From an uncultured Agromyces sp. (GTDB lineage: Bacteria; Actinomycetota; Actinomycetes; Actinomycetales; Microbacteriaceae), in NCBI GenBank assembly GCA_965652625.1, contig CBFGWW010000001.1:1-53050 (forward strand): a stretch of 53,050 nt of DNA, given 5' to 3'. The notes below the pieces were generated by a model that searched no databases, was not told where the DNA came from, and was given only the letters and a program-made list of their open reading frames with translations. The stretch's first letter is position 1; the number at the start of each line of letters is the position of its first letter. This document shows positions 27,569 through 37,345 of this stretch, in pieces. Position numbers and translations under genes: made by a program.

Positions 27569-30500
27569 AGCTTCTCCAGGTCCACGAGCAGGGCGGAGCC
27601 GTCGCCGACCGGACGCGACGCCGCGGAGCCCGCCACGTCGGCGGCCGTCTCGATGTCGAGCTCGGAGGCGAGCGTCTCCCGGGCGATGAGCGCGTGGTGC
27701 GCGGATGCCGCGGCCGCGCCGATCGCGTCGAGCGTGAGGCCGAGGCGGATGCGGTCGCCGACCTCGAGGCCGGCGGCCTTGCGGGCCTCCTGCACGGCGC
27801 GGACGACGTCGCGCGCGAGGCCCTCGGCCTCGAGCTCGGGCGTCGTCGCGGTGTCGAGGAGGACGAAGCCGCCGTCGGACAGCAGGGCGAGCGCGCTCGA
27901 CCCGTCGCCCGAGCCGCGGGCCTCGAGCACGAGGTCGTACTCGCCGGGCTCGAGCGCGATGCCGCCGGCTACGACGCCCTCGCCGTTGAGCGACCAGTCG
28001 CCCGACCGCGCCGCCTGGATCGCCTGCTGCACCGACTTTCCGAGGCGGGGTCCGGCGGCCCGCGCGTTGACGCTGAGCCGCTTCGTGACGCCGTAGGCCT
28101 CGGCGCTCGAGTCGTCGAGCGGCACGAGGTCGACGGACTTCACGTTGAGCTCGTCGCGCAGGATGCCCTCGAAGGGCGCGAGCGCCGCGGCATCCGTCGT
28201 CACGACCGTGAGGTTCGCCAGCGGCAGGCGCACGCGGCGGCCGGCCTGCTTGCGCAGCGCGAGCGTCGCGCCGCTGATCTCGCGGACGGCGTCCATGGCG
28301 GCCACGAGCGCCGGGTCGGCCGGGAACTCGTCGGCGGCGGGCCAGTCGGCCAGGTGCACGCTGCGGCCGCCCGTGAGCCCGCGCCAGACCTGCTCGGTGA
28401 CGAGCGGGAGCAGCGGCGCGGCGAGGCGCGTGTACGTCTCGAGCACCGTGAAGAGCGTGTCGAACGCCTCCGTCCCCGAGCCGTCGTCGCCGACGCCCGC
28501 CCAGAACCGGTCGCGCGAGCGGCGCACGTACCAGTTGGTGAGCACGTCGGCGAAGTCGCGCAGCTTCTGCGCCGCGAGCGGCGAGTCGAAGTCCTCGAGG
28601 TCGGCGGTGACGCCGGCCACGAGGTCGCGCAGCTTCGCGAGCAGGTACCGGTCGAGCACGTCGGTCGAGTCGGTGCGGCGCTGCGCCTCGTAGCCGCCCT
28701 CGCGTGCCGTGTTGGCGTAGAGCGAGAAGAAGTACCACGTGCTCCACAGCGGCAGCATGACCTGCCGCACGCCCTCGCGGATGCCCTCCTCGGTGACGAC
28801 GAGGTTGCCGCCGCGCAGCACCGAGGACGACATCAGGAACCAGCGCATGGCGTCGGAGCCGTCGCGGTCGAAGACCTCGGAGACGTCGGGGTAGTTGCGC
28901 AGCGACTTCGACATCTTCTGCCCGTCGCTGCCGAGGACGATGCCGTGACTCACGACGTTCTCGAAGGCCGGGCGGTCGAACAGCGCGGTCGACAGCACGT
29001 GCAGGGTGTAGAACCACCCGCGGGTCTGCCCGATGTACTCGACGATGAAGTCGGCCGGGTTGTGCGAGTCGAACCACTCCTGGTTCTCGAACGGGTAGTG
29101 CACCTGCGCGAACGGCATCGAGCCCGAGTCGAACCACACGTCGAGCACGTCGGGGATGCGCCGCATGGTGCTCTTGCCGGTGGGATCGTCGGGGTTCGGG
29201 CGGGTCAGGTCGTCGATGAACGGGCGGTGCAGGTCGGGCTCGCCGTGCGAGTTGCGCGGCAGCACGCCGAAGTCGCGCTCGAGCTCCTCGAGCGAGCCGT
29301 AGACGTCGATGCGCGGGTGCTCGGGGTCGTCGCTCTTCCACACCGGGATCGGCGAGCCCCAGTACCGGTTGCGGCTGATCGACCAGTCGCGAGCGCCCGC
29401 GACCCACTTGCCGAACTGGCCGTCCTTCACGTTCTCGGGGACCCAGGTGATCTCCTGGTTGAGCTCGCCCATGCGGTCGCGGAAGTCGGGCACGCGGATG
29501 AACCAGCTCGACACCGCCTTGTAGATGAGCGGGTTGCGGCAGCGCCAGCAGTGGGGGTACGAGTGCTCGTAGCTCGCCTGGCGGAGCAGCCGGCCCTCGG
29601 CCTTCAGGAGCTGCGTGAGCGGCTTGTTCGCGTCGCTCCAGAGGAGGCCCGCGACATCCGTCACCGCCGGGAGGAACCGGCCGCCCTCGTCGAGCGAGAG
29701 GATCACCGGGATGCCGGCGGCCTCGCCGACCTTCTGGTCCTCCTCGCCGTAGGCGGGAGCCTGGTGCACGATGCCGGTGCCGTCGTCGGTCGTGACGTAG
29801 TCGGCGACGAGGATCTGCCAGGCGTTCTGCACCCCGTAGTGCTCGACGTCGGCGTAGTAGTCGAAGAGGCGGTCGTAGGTCACGCCGTCGAGCTCGGCGC
29901 CCGTGACGGTGCGGGAGACCGCGGCGCGGGCGCCGTCGGCCGAGTCGTAGCCGAGCTCCTTGGCGTAGCTGCCCACGAGGTCGCGGGCGAGCAGGTACTC
30001 GGCACCGAGCACCTCGGTGTCGGTCGCCCCCACGTGCTCGCGGTTGACCGTGGCGTCGGGCGTGCCGTTCGGCCCGGCAGGCACGACGGCGTACTCGATG
30101 CCCGGGCCGACCGCGAGGGCGAAGTTCGTGGGCAGCGTCCACGGCGTCGTCGTCCACGCGAGGGCGCGCACGGCGGTGAGCCCGAGCGACTCCGCCTTCG
30201 CGCCCGTGAGCGGGAAGGTGACCGTGACGGTCTGGTCCTGGCGCATCTTGTAGACGTCGTCGTCCATGCGCAGCTCGTGGTTCGACAGCGGCGTCTGGTC
30301 GCGCCAGCAGTACGGCAGCACGCGGTAGCCCTCGTAGGCGAGGCCCTTGTCGTAGAGCGTCTTGAACGCCCAGATCACGGACTCCATGAACGGGAGGTCG
30401 AGCGTCTTGTAGTCGTTCTCGAAGTCGACCCAGCGCGCCTGGCGGGTGACGTAGTCCTGCCACTCCTCCGTGTAGCGCAGCACGGCGTCGCGCGCGGCCT

Positions 30501-30870
30501 GGTTGAAGGCCGCGATGCCCATCTCCTCGATCTCGCTCTTGTCGGTGATGCCGAGCTGGCGCTCGGCTTCGAGCTCGGCGGGCAGGCCGTGCGTGTCCCA
30601 GCCGAACCGGCGGTGCACCTGGTGCCCGCGCATGGTCTGGAATCGCGGGAAGAGGTCCTTCGCGTAGCCCGTGAGGAGGTGTCCGTAGTGCGGCAGGCCG
30701 TTGGCGAACGGCGGGCCGTCGTAGAAGACCCACTCGGGTGCGCCCTGGCGCTGGTCGATCGACGCCTGGAAGGTCTCGTCGGCCTTCCAGAAGGCGAGGA
30801 CCTCGCGCTCGACCGACGGGAAGTCGGGAGACGGGGCGACGGAGTGGTCGTCTGGGGTACGGGGGTACAC
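27565..30870 (-). CDS. ileS: Isoleucine--tRNA ligase (IleRS2 type)
   Basis: [35 protein letters not shown]; AAGGAG RBS before GTG 30870. Confidence 0.97.
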   Translation of the reverse strand: MYPRTPDDHSVAPSPDFPSVEREVLAFWKADETFQASIDQRQGAPEWVFYDGPPFANGLPHYGHLLTGYAKDLFPRFQTMRGHQVHRRFGWDTHGLPAELEAERQLGITDKSEIEEMGIAAFNQAARDAVLRYTEEWQDYVTRQARWVDFENDYKTLDLPFMESVIWAFKTLYDKGLAYEGYRVLPYCWRDQTPLSNHELRMDDDVYKMRQDQTVTVTFPLTGAKAESLGLTAVRALAWTTTPWTLPTNFALAVGPGIEYAVVPAGPNGTPDATVNREHVGATDTEVLGAEYLLARDLVGSYAKELGYDSADGARAAVSRTVTGAELDGVTYDRLFDYYADVEHYGVQNAWQILVADYVTTDDGTGIVHQAPAYGEEDQKVGEAAGIPVILSLDEGGRFLPAVTDVAGLLWSDANKPLTQLLKAEGRLLRQASYEHSYPHCWRCRNPLIYKAVSSWFIRVPDFRDRMGELNQEITWVPENVKDGQFGKWVAGARDWSISRNRYWGSPIPVWKSDDPEHPRIDVYGSLEELERDFGVLPRNSHGEPDLHRPFIDDLTRPNPDDPTGKSTMRRIPDVLDVWFDSGSMPFAQVHYPFENQEWFDSHNPADFIVEYIGQTRGWFYTLHVLSTALFDRPAFENVVSHGIVLGSDGQKMSKSLRNYPDVSEVFDRDGSDAMRWFLMSSSVLRGGNLVVTEEGIREGVRQVMLPLWSTWYFFSLYANTAREGGYEAQRRTDSTDVLDRYLLAKLRDLVAGVTADLEDFDSPLAAQKLRDFADVLTNWYVRRSRDRFWAGVGDDGSGTEAFDTLFTVLETYTRLAAPLLPLVTEQVWRGLTGGRSVHLADWPAADEFPADPALVAAMDAVREISGATLALRKQAGRRVRLPLANLTVVTTDAAALAPFEGILRDELNVKSVDLVPLDDSSAEAYGVTKRLSVNARAAGPRLGKSVQQAIQAARSGDWSLNGEGVVAGGIALEPGEYDLVLEARGSGDGSSALALLSDGGFVLLDTATTPELEAEGLARDVVRAVQEARKAAGLEVGDRIRLGLTLDAIGAAAASAHHALIARETLASELDIETAADVAGSAASRPVGDGSALLVDLEKL

Positions 30871-30874
30871 GCTC

Positions 30875-31114
30875 GCTCCTTGCGGGGACGGATGCTTCCG
30901 CGAGGACGCCGGCCGCTCGATCGAGCTCCGCCGCGGTACCACCTCGCTTGCGAATCGGACCTTCGCCCTTCGACGAGCTCAGGGACCGGGACCGATTCGC
31001 CCCTCGTTGCGGCTGTGACGGGCCGACCCGTTCGGTTCTACTTGCCGATCGGATGCCACGGGGCATCCGCTCGCGTTCTTCCGAAGACTCCCCGGTGATG
31101 GCCGGATCGATGTC
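30875..31114 (-). ncRNA. Translational (class II) ileS T-box riboswitch
   Basis: Ultrashort stem I CGATCCGGCC-ATC-ACCGGGGAG with Ile specifier AUC (31097-31099); AGAAC..AGTAGAAC stem II; GGGTCGGCCCGTCACAGCC pseudoknot; T-box GGTGGTACCGCG (30932-30943). Confidence 0.92.
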
Positions 31115-31127
31115 GTTGCCCTCAAGC

Positions 31128-31523
31128 CTACCGTGTCGGCGCGGTGCGGAGCACGCCGGGCGACGACGGCGACCACCGGTACGCCTCGCTGATGAGCGCG
31201 AGCAGGGCGCTCTCGGGGAGGTCGTGCAGCTTGGCCTCGTCGACGAGGTCGTGGATCGCCCCTGCGAGGGCGGCGTGGCCGCCGATGCGCACCGCGACGA
31301 CGGCGCCGCGGCCGCGGTGCAGCTCGATGAGCCCCTCGTCGCGCAGCACGCGGTACGCGCGCAGCACCGTGTGCATGTTCACGCCGAGGTCGCCGGCGAG
31401 GTCGCGTGCGGCGGGGAGGCGCTCGCCGCCGATGACGCGACCGTCGATGATCGCGGCACGTACGGCGGACGCGAGCTGCTCGAAGAGCGGCGTCGGGCGG
31501 GTCGGATCGAGTCGGATCAGCAC
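31128..31523 (-). CDS. GntR family (YtrA-like) transcriptional regulator
   Basis: PLFEQL..GERLPAARDLA..VNMHTVLRAY..L..EGLI..RGRG; short C-terminal domain; TACGAT 6 nt before GTG. Confidence 0.9.
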   Translation of the reverse strand: MLIRLDPTRPTPLFEQLASAVRAAIIDGRVIGGERLPAARDLAGDLGVNMHTVLRAYRVLRDEGLIELHRGRGAVVAVRIGGHAALAGAIHDLVDEAKLHDLPESALLALISEAYRWSPSSPGVLRTAPTR

Positions 31524-31732
31524 GGTTCGATCGTATTGTGCTAGTCGAATGCGAACAAGTCGCTTGTCGCTCGGGTCGGCCGCTGCCATGATGAGTCCGA
31601 GCCGCGTCGTCGGGGCGTCCCCGCTCCCCCAGCGCGCCCCGTCGACCGGCCCGGATCACGCCGTCGGTCGCGCGACGCCGGCACCCGCCGAGCCGTCGGG
31701 CTCACCGCAGCCAGAACCCACAAGGACCCATC

Positions 31733-33085
31733 GTGACCACTGCAACCCCCGTGCCCACCATGCCCACGGACCCGCCCCACATCCGACGCATCGCGTGGGC
31801 GTCGATGGTCGGCACCTCGCTCGAGTCGTTCGACTTCTACGTCTTCGCGTACTTCTCGGCGTTCTTCGTCGGCCCGCTCTTCTTCGACCCGCTCGGCGAG
31901 TTCGGCGGCACCCTCGCCGCGTTCTCGACCATCGCCCTGGCGTTCGTCGTCCGCCCGATCGGCGCGGCGATCTTCGGCCACATGGGCGACCGCCTCGGAC
32001 GCCGCGCCACGCTGCTCTGGACCGTCGGCATCATGGGCGTCGCGACCGGTCTCATCGGCCTCCTGCCGACCTACGCGCAGGCCGGCTGGCTCGGCGCCGT
32101 CGGCCTGGTGCTGCTGCGCATCGTGCAGGGGCTCTCGCTCGGCGGCGAGTGGGGCGGCTCGATCCTGCTCGCGACCGAGCACTCGAACCCCGTGAAGCGC
32201 GCGTTCTACGCCGCCATCCCGCAGCTGGGCTCCCCGGTCGGCTCGATCCTCTCCGCCGCCCTGTTCATCATCATGACCCTCGTGCTCCCCGCCGAGGAGA
32301 TCGCGGCGTGGGGGTGGCGCATCCCGTTCCTCCTGGCGATCCCGCTCCTGCTCGTCTCGCTCTACCTGCGCTGGTCGATCGATGAGACGCCGGTGTTCAA
32401 GGAGGTCGTCGCCGAGGGACGCCGCGACCGCGTCCCGTTCGCGACCATGTTCCAGAAGCGCCCCGTCGCGATCCTCATCGCCATCGGCGCGGCGATGCTC
32501 GGCATCGGGTCGTACTCGCTGATGAACACGTACACCATCAACTACGGGGCGGCGGAGCTCGGCTTCAGCTTCCAGGACCTCCTCATCGCGACCACGATCG
32601 GCGGCCTGCTGCAGCTCGTCACGATCCCGCTCTTCGGCGCGTGGGCGAATCGCATCGGCTCGGCCCGGGTCGTGGCGTGGGGCGCGCTCGGAACGCTGCT
32701 CATCACGTTCCCGATGTACTTCCTGCTCCAGTTCGCGACGTTCCCGATCCTCGTGGGCACCATGATCATCGGCGGCATCCTGCCGACCATGTCGTGGGCG
32801 GCGCTCGGCGGCCTCATGAACGACCTGTTCCCCGATCACTTCCGGTACTCGGCCCTCTCGGTCTCGTACGCCATCGCGGCCACCGTGGGCGGCTTCGTGC
32901 CCCTCGTGACCGTGGCGCTCGGCGAGGCCACCGGATACGTCTGGTGGCACCCGGGCGTCGTGCTCGCACTGCTCTCGGTCGTCACGCTCGTGGCCGCATG
33001 GGCGGCTGCGCGAATGCCGGTGGTGCCCGAGTCGGGCGACCCCGAGCAGCAGCTCGAACCGCAGGCGGCAGGTCCCACCGCCTGA
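31733..33085 (+). CDS. MFS transporter, metabolite:H+ symporter (MHS) family
   Basis: GTSLESFDFYVF, FGHMGDRLGRR, GGEWGG, WGWRIPF, ETPVF; about 12 TM helices. Confidence 0.93.
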   Translation: MTTATPVPTMPTDPPHIRRIAWASMVGTSLESFDFYVFAYFSAFFVGPLFFDPLGEFGGTLAAFSTIALAFVVRPIGAAIFGHMGDRLGRRATLLWTVGIMGVATGLIGLLPTYAQAGWLGAVGLVLLRIVQGLSLGGEWGGSILLATEHSNPVKRAFYAAIPQLGSPVGSILSAALFIIMTLVLPAEEIAAWGWRIPFLLAIPLLLVSLYLRWSIDETPVFKEVVAEGRRDRVPFATMFQKRPVAILIAIGAAMLGIGSYSLMNTYTINYGAAELGFSFQDLLIATTIGGLLQLVTIPLFGAWANRIGSARVVAWGALGTLLITFPMYFLLQFATFPILVGTMIIGGILPTMSWAALGGLMNDLFPDHFRYSALSVSYAIAATVGGFVPLVTVALGEATGYVWWHPGVVLALLSVVTLVAAWAAARMPVVPESGDPEQQLEPQAAGPTA

Positions 33086-33188
33086 GCGGCCCGCTCCGCG
33101 GGGTGCGACGCTCCATCCGCTAGGCTGGAGCGTCGCACATTCAGGCACCCCCATGGACTCGGTGCCGTACATACCGAACCGGAGCATC

Positions 33189-35771
33189 ATGACCGACACC
33201 CCGCGCATCCCCGACAAGCCCGCACTCGAGGGCCTCGAGGCCAAGTGGGGCGGCGTCTGGGAGCACGACGGCACCTACCGGTTCGACCGCGACTCCGCCA
33301 CGCGCGACGCGATCTACTCGATCGACACTCCCCCGCCGACCGCCTCGGGCTCGCTGCACATCGGCCACGTGTTCTCGTTCACGCACACCGACCTCGTGGC
33401 GCGGTACCAGCGCATGCGCGGCCGCAGCGTCTTCTACCCCATGGGCTGGGACGACAACGGCCTGCCCACCGAGCGCCGCGTGCAGAACTACTACGGCGTG
33501 CGCTGCGACCCGACGCTGCCGTACGACCCCGACTTCGTGCCGCCGTTCGAGGGCGGCGACAACAAGAGCACGAAGGCCGCCGACCAGCAGCCCGTCAGCC
33601 GCCGCAATTTCATCGAGCTGTGCGAGAAGCTCACCGTGGAAGACGAGCAGGAGTTCGAGGCGCTGTTCCGCAGCCTCGGCCTGTCGGTCGACTGGACGCA
33701 GACCTACCGCACGATCGCCGACGAGGCGCTGTTCACGTCGCAGCTCGCGTTCATCCGCAACGTCGAGCGCGGCGAGGCCTACCAGGCGCTCGCGCCCACG
33801 CTCTGGGACGTGACGTTCCGCACCGCGGTGGCCCAGGCCGAGCTCGAGGACCGCGAGCAGGCGGGCCACTACCATCGCGTGGCCTTCCACCGCCCCGACG
33901 GCGGCACGGTCGAGATCGAGACGAGCCGCCCCGAGCTCATCCCCGCGTGCGTGGCCCTCGTCGCGCACCCCGACGACGAGCGCTACCAGCCCCTGTTCGG
34001 CACCACCGTGACGACGCCCGTGTTCGGCGTCGAGGTGCCGGTCGTGGCGCACCACCTGGCCCAGAAGGACAAGGGCACCGGCATCGCCATGATCTGCACG
34101 TTCGGCGACGTGACCGACGTGGTGTGGTGGCGCGAGCTCGACCTGCCCAACCGCACGATCATCGGGTTCGACGGCCGCATCGTCGCCGAGGCGCCCGACG
34201 CCATCACCTCGGAGTCCGGTCGTGCCGCGTTCGCCGAGCTCGCCGGCAAGACGGCCTACTCGGCCAAGCAGGCGGTCGTCGAGCAGCTCCGAGCGTCGGG
34301 CGACCTGCTCGGCGAGCCCAAGGCCATCACGCACCCCGTGAAGTTCTTCGAGAAGGGCGACCGCCCGCTCGAGATCGTCTCCACGCGCCAGTGGTACATC
34401 GTGAACGGCGCGCGCGACGAGCAGCTGCGGTCGCGCCTCGTCGACGGCGGCCGAGAGATCGACTGGCGCCCCGACTTCATGCGCGTGCGCTACGAGAACT
34501 GGGTGGGCGGCCTCTCGGGCGACTGGCTCATCTCCCGCCAGCGCTTCTTCGGCGTGCCGATCCCGGTGTGGTACCCGCTCGACGGCGCCGGCGACCCGGT
34601 GTTCGACGAGCCCATCGTGGCGACGCGCGACCTGCTGCCGGTCGACCCGTCCTCGGCCACCGCGCCGGGCTACGAGGAGTCGCAGCGCGGCGAGCCGGGC
34701 GGCTTCGTCGGCGAGCACGACATCATGGACACCTGGGCGACCTCGTCGCTCACCCCGCAGCTCGCGGGCGGCTGGGAGCGCGACCCCGAGCTGTTCGACC
34801 TCGTCTTCCCGTACTCGCTGCGGCCGCAGGCGCAGGACATCATCCGCACGTGGCTGTTCTCCACGGTGCTGCGCGCCGAGCTCGAGCACGGCACCCAGCC
34901 GTGGGCGAACGCGGCGATCTCGGGTTTCATCGTCGACCCCGACCGCAAGAAGATGTCGAAGTCGAAGGGCAACGTGGTGACCCCCGCCGGCCTGCTCGAG
35001 CAGCACGGCTCCGACGCGGTGCGGTACTGGGCCGCGTCGAGCCGCCTCGGCGTCGATGCCGCGTTCGACCCGCAGAACCCGACGCAGGTGAAGATCGGCC
35101 GGCGCCTCAGCATCAAGGTGCTGAACGCCGCGAAGTTCATCCTCGGCTTCGACGGCCGGGCGGATGCCCCGGTCACGGTGCCCATCGACCGCAGCATGCT
35201 CGCCGAGCTCGCCGACGTCGTCGCGAGCGCCACGCGCTCCTTCGACGCCTACGACCACGCCCGGGCGCTCGAGGTCGCCGAGACCTTCTTCTGGACCTTC
35301 TGCGACGACTACCTCGAGCTCGTGAAGGAGCGCGCCTACGGCGAGCCCAGCCCCGAACAGGCCTCGGCCGTCGCGGCGCTGAAGACCGCCCTCTCCGTGC
35401 TGCTGCGCCTGTTCGCGCCGATCATCCCGTTCGCGACCGAGGAGGCCTGGCGCTGGTCGAACGAGGGCTCGGTGCACCGCGCCGCGTGGCCGACGACCGA
35501 CGAGCTCGCCGCCCGCGGCGAGGCCGGCGTCGAGCTGCTCGAGCTCGCGAGCCTGGCGCTCACGGGCATCCGCCGCGCCAAGACCGACGCCAAGGCGTCG
35601 CAGAAGACCCCGGTGTCGAGCGCCCTGATCGCAGCCCCGGCGACCGCGATCGCGCTGCTCGAGTCCGCGGCATCCGACCTCCGCGCGGTGGGGCGCATCG
35701 CGTCGCTGTCGTTCGTGGAGGCCGACGAGTTCGAGGTGCGCGACATCGTGCTCGCCGCACCCGAGGCATAG
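33189..35771 (+). CDS. valS: Valine--tRNA ligase
   Basis: IDTPPPTASGSLHIGH, DWLISRQR, DTWATSS, KMSKS. Confidence 0.97.
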   Translation: MTDTPRIPDKPALEGLEAKWGGVWEHDGTYRFDRDSATRDAIYSIDTPPPTASGSLHIGHVFSFTHTDLVARYQRMRGRSVFYPMGWDDNGLPTERRVQNYYGVRCDPTLPYDPDFVPPFEGGDNKSTKAADQQPVSRRNFIELCEKLTVEDEQEFEALFRSLGLSVDWTQTYRTIADEALFTSQLAFIRNVERGEAYQALAPTLWDVTFRTAVAQAELEDREQAGHYHRVAFHRPDGGTVEIETSRPELIPACVALVAHPDDERYQPLFGTTVTTPVFGVEVPVVAHHLAQKDKGTGIAMICTFGDVTDVVWWRELDLPNRTIIGFDGRIVAEAPDAITSESGRAAFAELAGKTAYSAKQAVVEQLRASGDLLGEPKAITHPVKFFEKGDRPLEIVSTRQWYIVNGARDEQLRSRLVDGGREIDWRPDFMRVRYENWVGGLSGDWLISRQRFFGVPIPVWYPLDGAGDPVFDEPIVATRDLLPVDPSSATAPGYEESQRGEPGGFVGEHDIMDTWATSSLTPQLAGGWERDPELFDLVFPYSLRPQAQDIIRTWLFSTVLRAELEHGTQPWANAAISGFIVDPDRKKMSKSKGNVVTPAGLLEQHGSDAVRYWAASSRLGVDAAFDPQNPTQVKIGRRLSIKVLNAAKFILGFDGRADAPVTVPIDRSMLAELADVVASATRSFDAYDHARALEVAETFFWTFCDDYLELVKERAYGEPSPEQASAVAALKTALSVLLRLFAPIIPFATEEAWRWSNEGSVHRAAWPTTDELAARGEAGVELLELASLALTGIRRAKTDAKASQKTPVSSALIAAPATAIALLESAASDLRAVGRIASLSFVEADEFEVRDIVLAAPEA

Positions 35772-35783
35772 GGGGACCGACGT

Positions 35784-36230
35784 ATGGCCCACGAGATCCG
35801 CATGGCGGGCGACGACGACTTCTTCGGCTGGCTGCCGCTGTTCGAGGCGTACTGCCGGTTCTACGAGACCGAACTCGACGACGCGAAGGCGCTCATCGTC
35901 TGGAACTGGATCCGCGACGAGCACGACCCGCTCGAGGCGGCGCTCGCGGTCGACGAGGAGGGCACGCCCGTCGGGCTCGCCCAGTACCGCGTCGTCCCCG
36001 ACACGCTCCAGGCCACGCGCGGCATGTTCCTCGACGACCTCTACGTCGACCCCGAGTCGCGCGGGTCGGGCGTCGGGCGGGCGCTCATCGAGTTCGTGCA
36101 CGCGCGCTCGCGCGAGATCGGCTCGGGCGGCGTGAGCTGGATCACGGCGGCCGACAATGCCGACGCGCAGCAGCTCTACGACCAGCTGGCGCGCCGCACG
36201 ACGTGGGTCACCTACGAGATGGACGCCTGA
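35784..36230 (+). CDS. GNAT family N-acetyltransferase
   Basis: LDDLYVDPESRGSGVGRALI, WITAADNADAQQLYD. Confidence 0.92.
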   Translation: MAHEIRMAGDDDFFGWLPLFEAYCRFYETELDDAKALIVWNWIRDEHDPLEAALAVDEEGTPVGLAQYRVVPDTLQATRGMFLDDLYVDPESRGSGVGRALIEFVHARSREIGSGGVSWITAADNADAQQLYDQLARRTTWVTYEMDA

Positions 36231-36454
36231 TGCGCCTCGGCACGCGCTGGGAGTTCGGCGCCGAGCCGCCGGCATCCGTGCCCGCCGACCTGCGCCCGCG
36301 CATCTCGGCCGCCGAGGCGAGCCACGAGGGCGAGGGCGCCGGACGCCACTGGACGCTGACCTGGCTCGAGGGCCGCCCGATCGTCGAGCTCGACGACGGC
36401 ACGGTCATCAGCGATGCCATCATCGACGTGCACGACGCCGACGAGGACTGGTAG
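36230..36454 (+). CDS. Small hypothetical protein (74 aa)
   Basis: TGATG coupling to the GNAT gene; MRLGTRW..PP..WTLTWLEGRPIVELDDG; host-like codons. Confidence 0.7.
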   Translation: MRLGTRWEFGAEPPASVPADLRPRISAAEASHEGEGAGRHWTLTWLEGRPIVELDDGTVISDAIIDVHDADEDW

Positions 36455-36457
36455 CGC

Positions 36458-37291
36458 TCAGGCCTTCGCGAGCACCTCGGCGTGCGGCATGAGCAGCCAC
36501 CCGTCGTCGTCGTCCGCCCAGTCGCGCCACGCCTGCCCGATGCGCGCCAGCTCGGCCGGGTTCGAGTGCCCCGACTCGATGGCGTGCGCCGCGAACTGCG
36601 ACTTCGTCGCCCGCTCCGCCCACGAGTGGCCCCACCACTCGCGCTCCAACGCCGTCGAGAAGACCCAGGTCGTCGCGGTCGACTCCAGGTCGACGAAGCC
36701 CGCCTCGCGCACCCACCGCGTGAGGTGACGGCCCGCGTCGGGCTCCCCGCCGTTGCCGATCGCGACGTCGTGGTAGAGCTCGAGCCAGCGGTCGAGACCC
36801 GACGAGGCCGGGCTCCAGATCACGCCGCCGTAGTCCACGTCGCGCACCGCGAGGATGCCGCGGGGTTTCAGCACCCGCCGGAACTCGCGCAGCGCGTCGA
36901 CGGGCCGGGCGAGGTGCTGCAGCACCTGGTGCGCGTGCACGACGTCGAACGCGGCATCCGCGAACTCGAGGGCGTAGGCGTCGCCGACGCGGAAGTCGAC
37001 GTTGTCGACGCGCTCGCTCGACGCGAGACCTGAGGCACGCGCGACGACGTCGGCCGCCGTGTCGACGCCCGTGACGAGGCCGGGACGCACGCGGCGCGCG
37101 AGGTCGATGGTGATCGTGCCGGGGCCGCTGCCGACGTCGAGCACGCGAGCGCCGGCCTGGAGGTGCGGCGCGAGGTAGGTGGCCGAGTTCTCGACCGTGC
37201 GCCACGAGTGCACGCGGAGCACGCTCTCGTGATGGCCGTGGGTGTACGCCTCGGCCGGTGCGGACTCGATCGACTCCCCGTCGCGCTGCAT
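36458..37291 (-). CDS. Class I SAM-dependent methyltransferase
   Basis: YTHGHHESVLR, VLDVGSGPGTIT, FDVVHAHQVLQH, LKPRG. Confidence 0.92.
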   Translation of the reverse strand: MQRDGESIESAPAEAYTHGHHESVLRVHSWRTVENSATYLAPHLQAGARVLDVGSGPGTITIDLARRVRPGLVTGVDTAADVVARASGLASSERVDNVDFRVGDAYALEFADAAFDVVHAHQVLQHLARPVDALREFRRVLKPRGILAVRDVDYGGVIWSPASSGLDRWLELYHDVAIGNGGEPDAGRHLTRWVREAGFVDLESTATTWVFSTALEREWWGHSWAERATKSQFAAHAIESGHSNPAELARIGQAWRDWADDDDGWLLMPHAEVLAKA

Positions 37292-37345
37292 ACGTCGAGC
37301 CTACGACCGTCGCGACGCCGTCGCGCTCGCCCATAGGGTGGTCGG

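Noticed and set aside
26192-31066. 1624-aa ORF suggesting a giant FolC fusion
   Set aside because: Only the last 458 codons are FolC (GTG 27568, coupled to the ileS stop); the rest is an off-frame read through ileS
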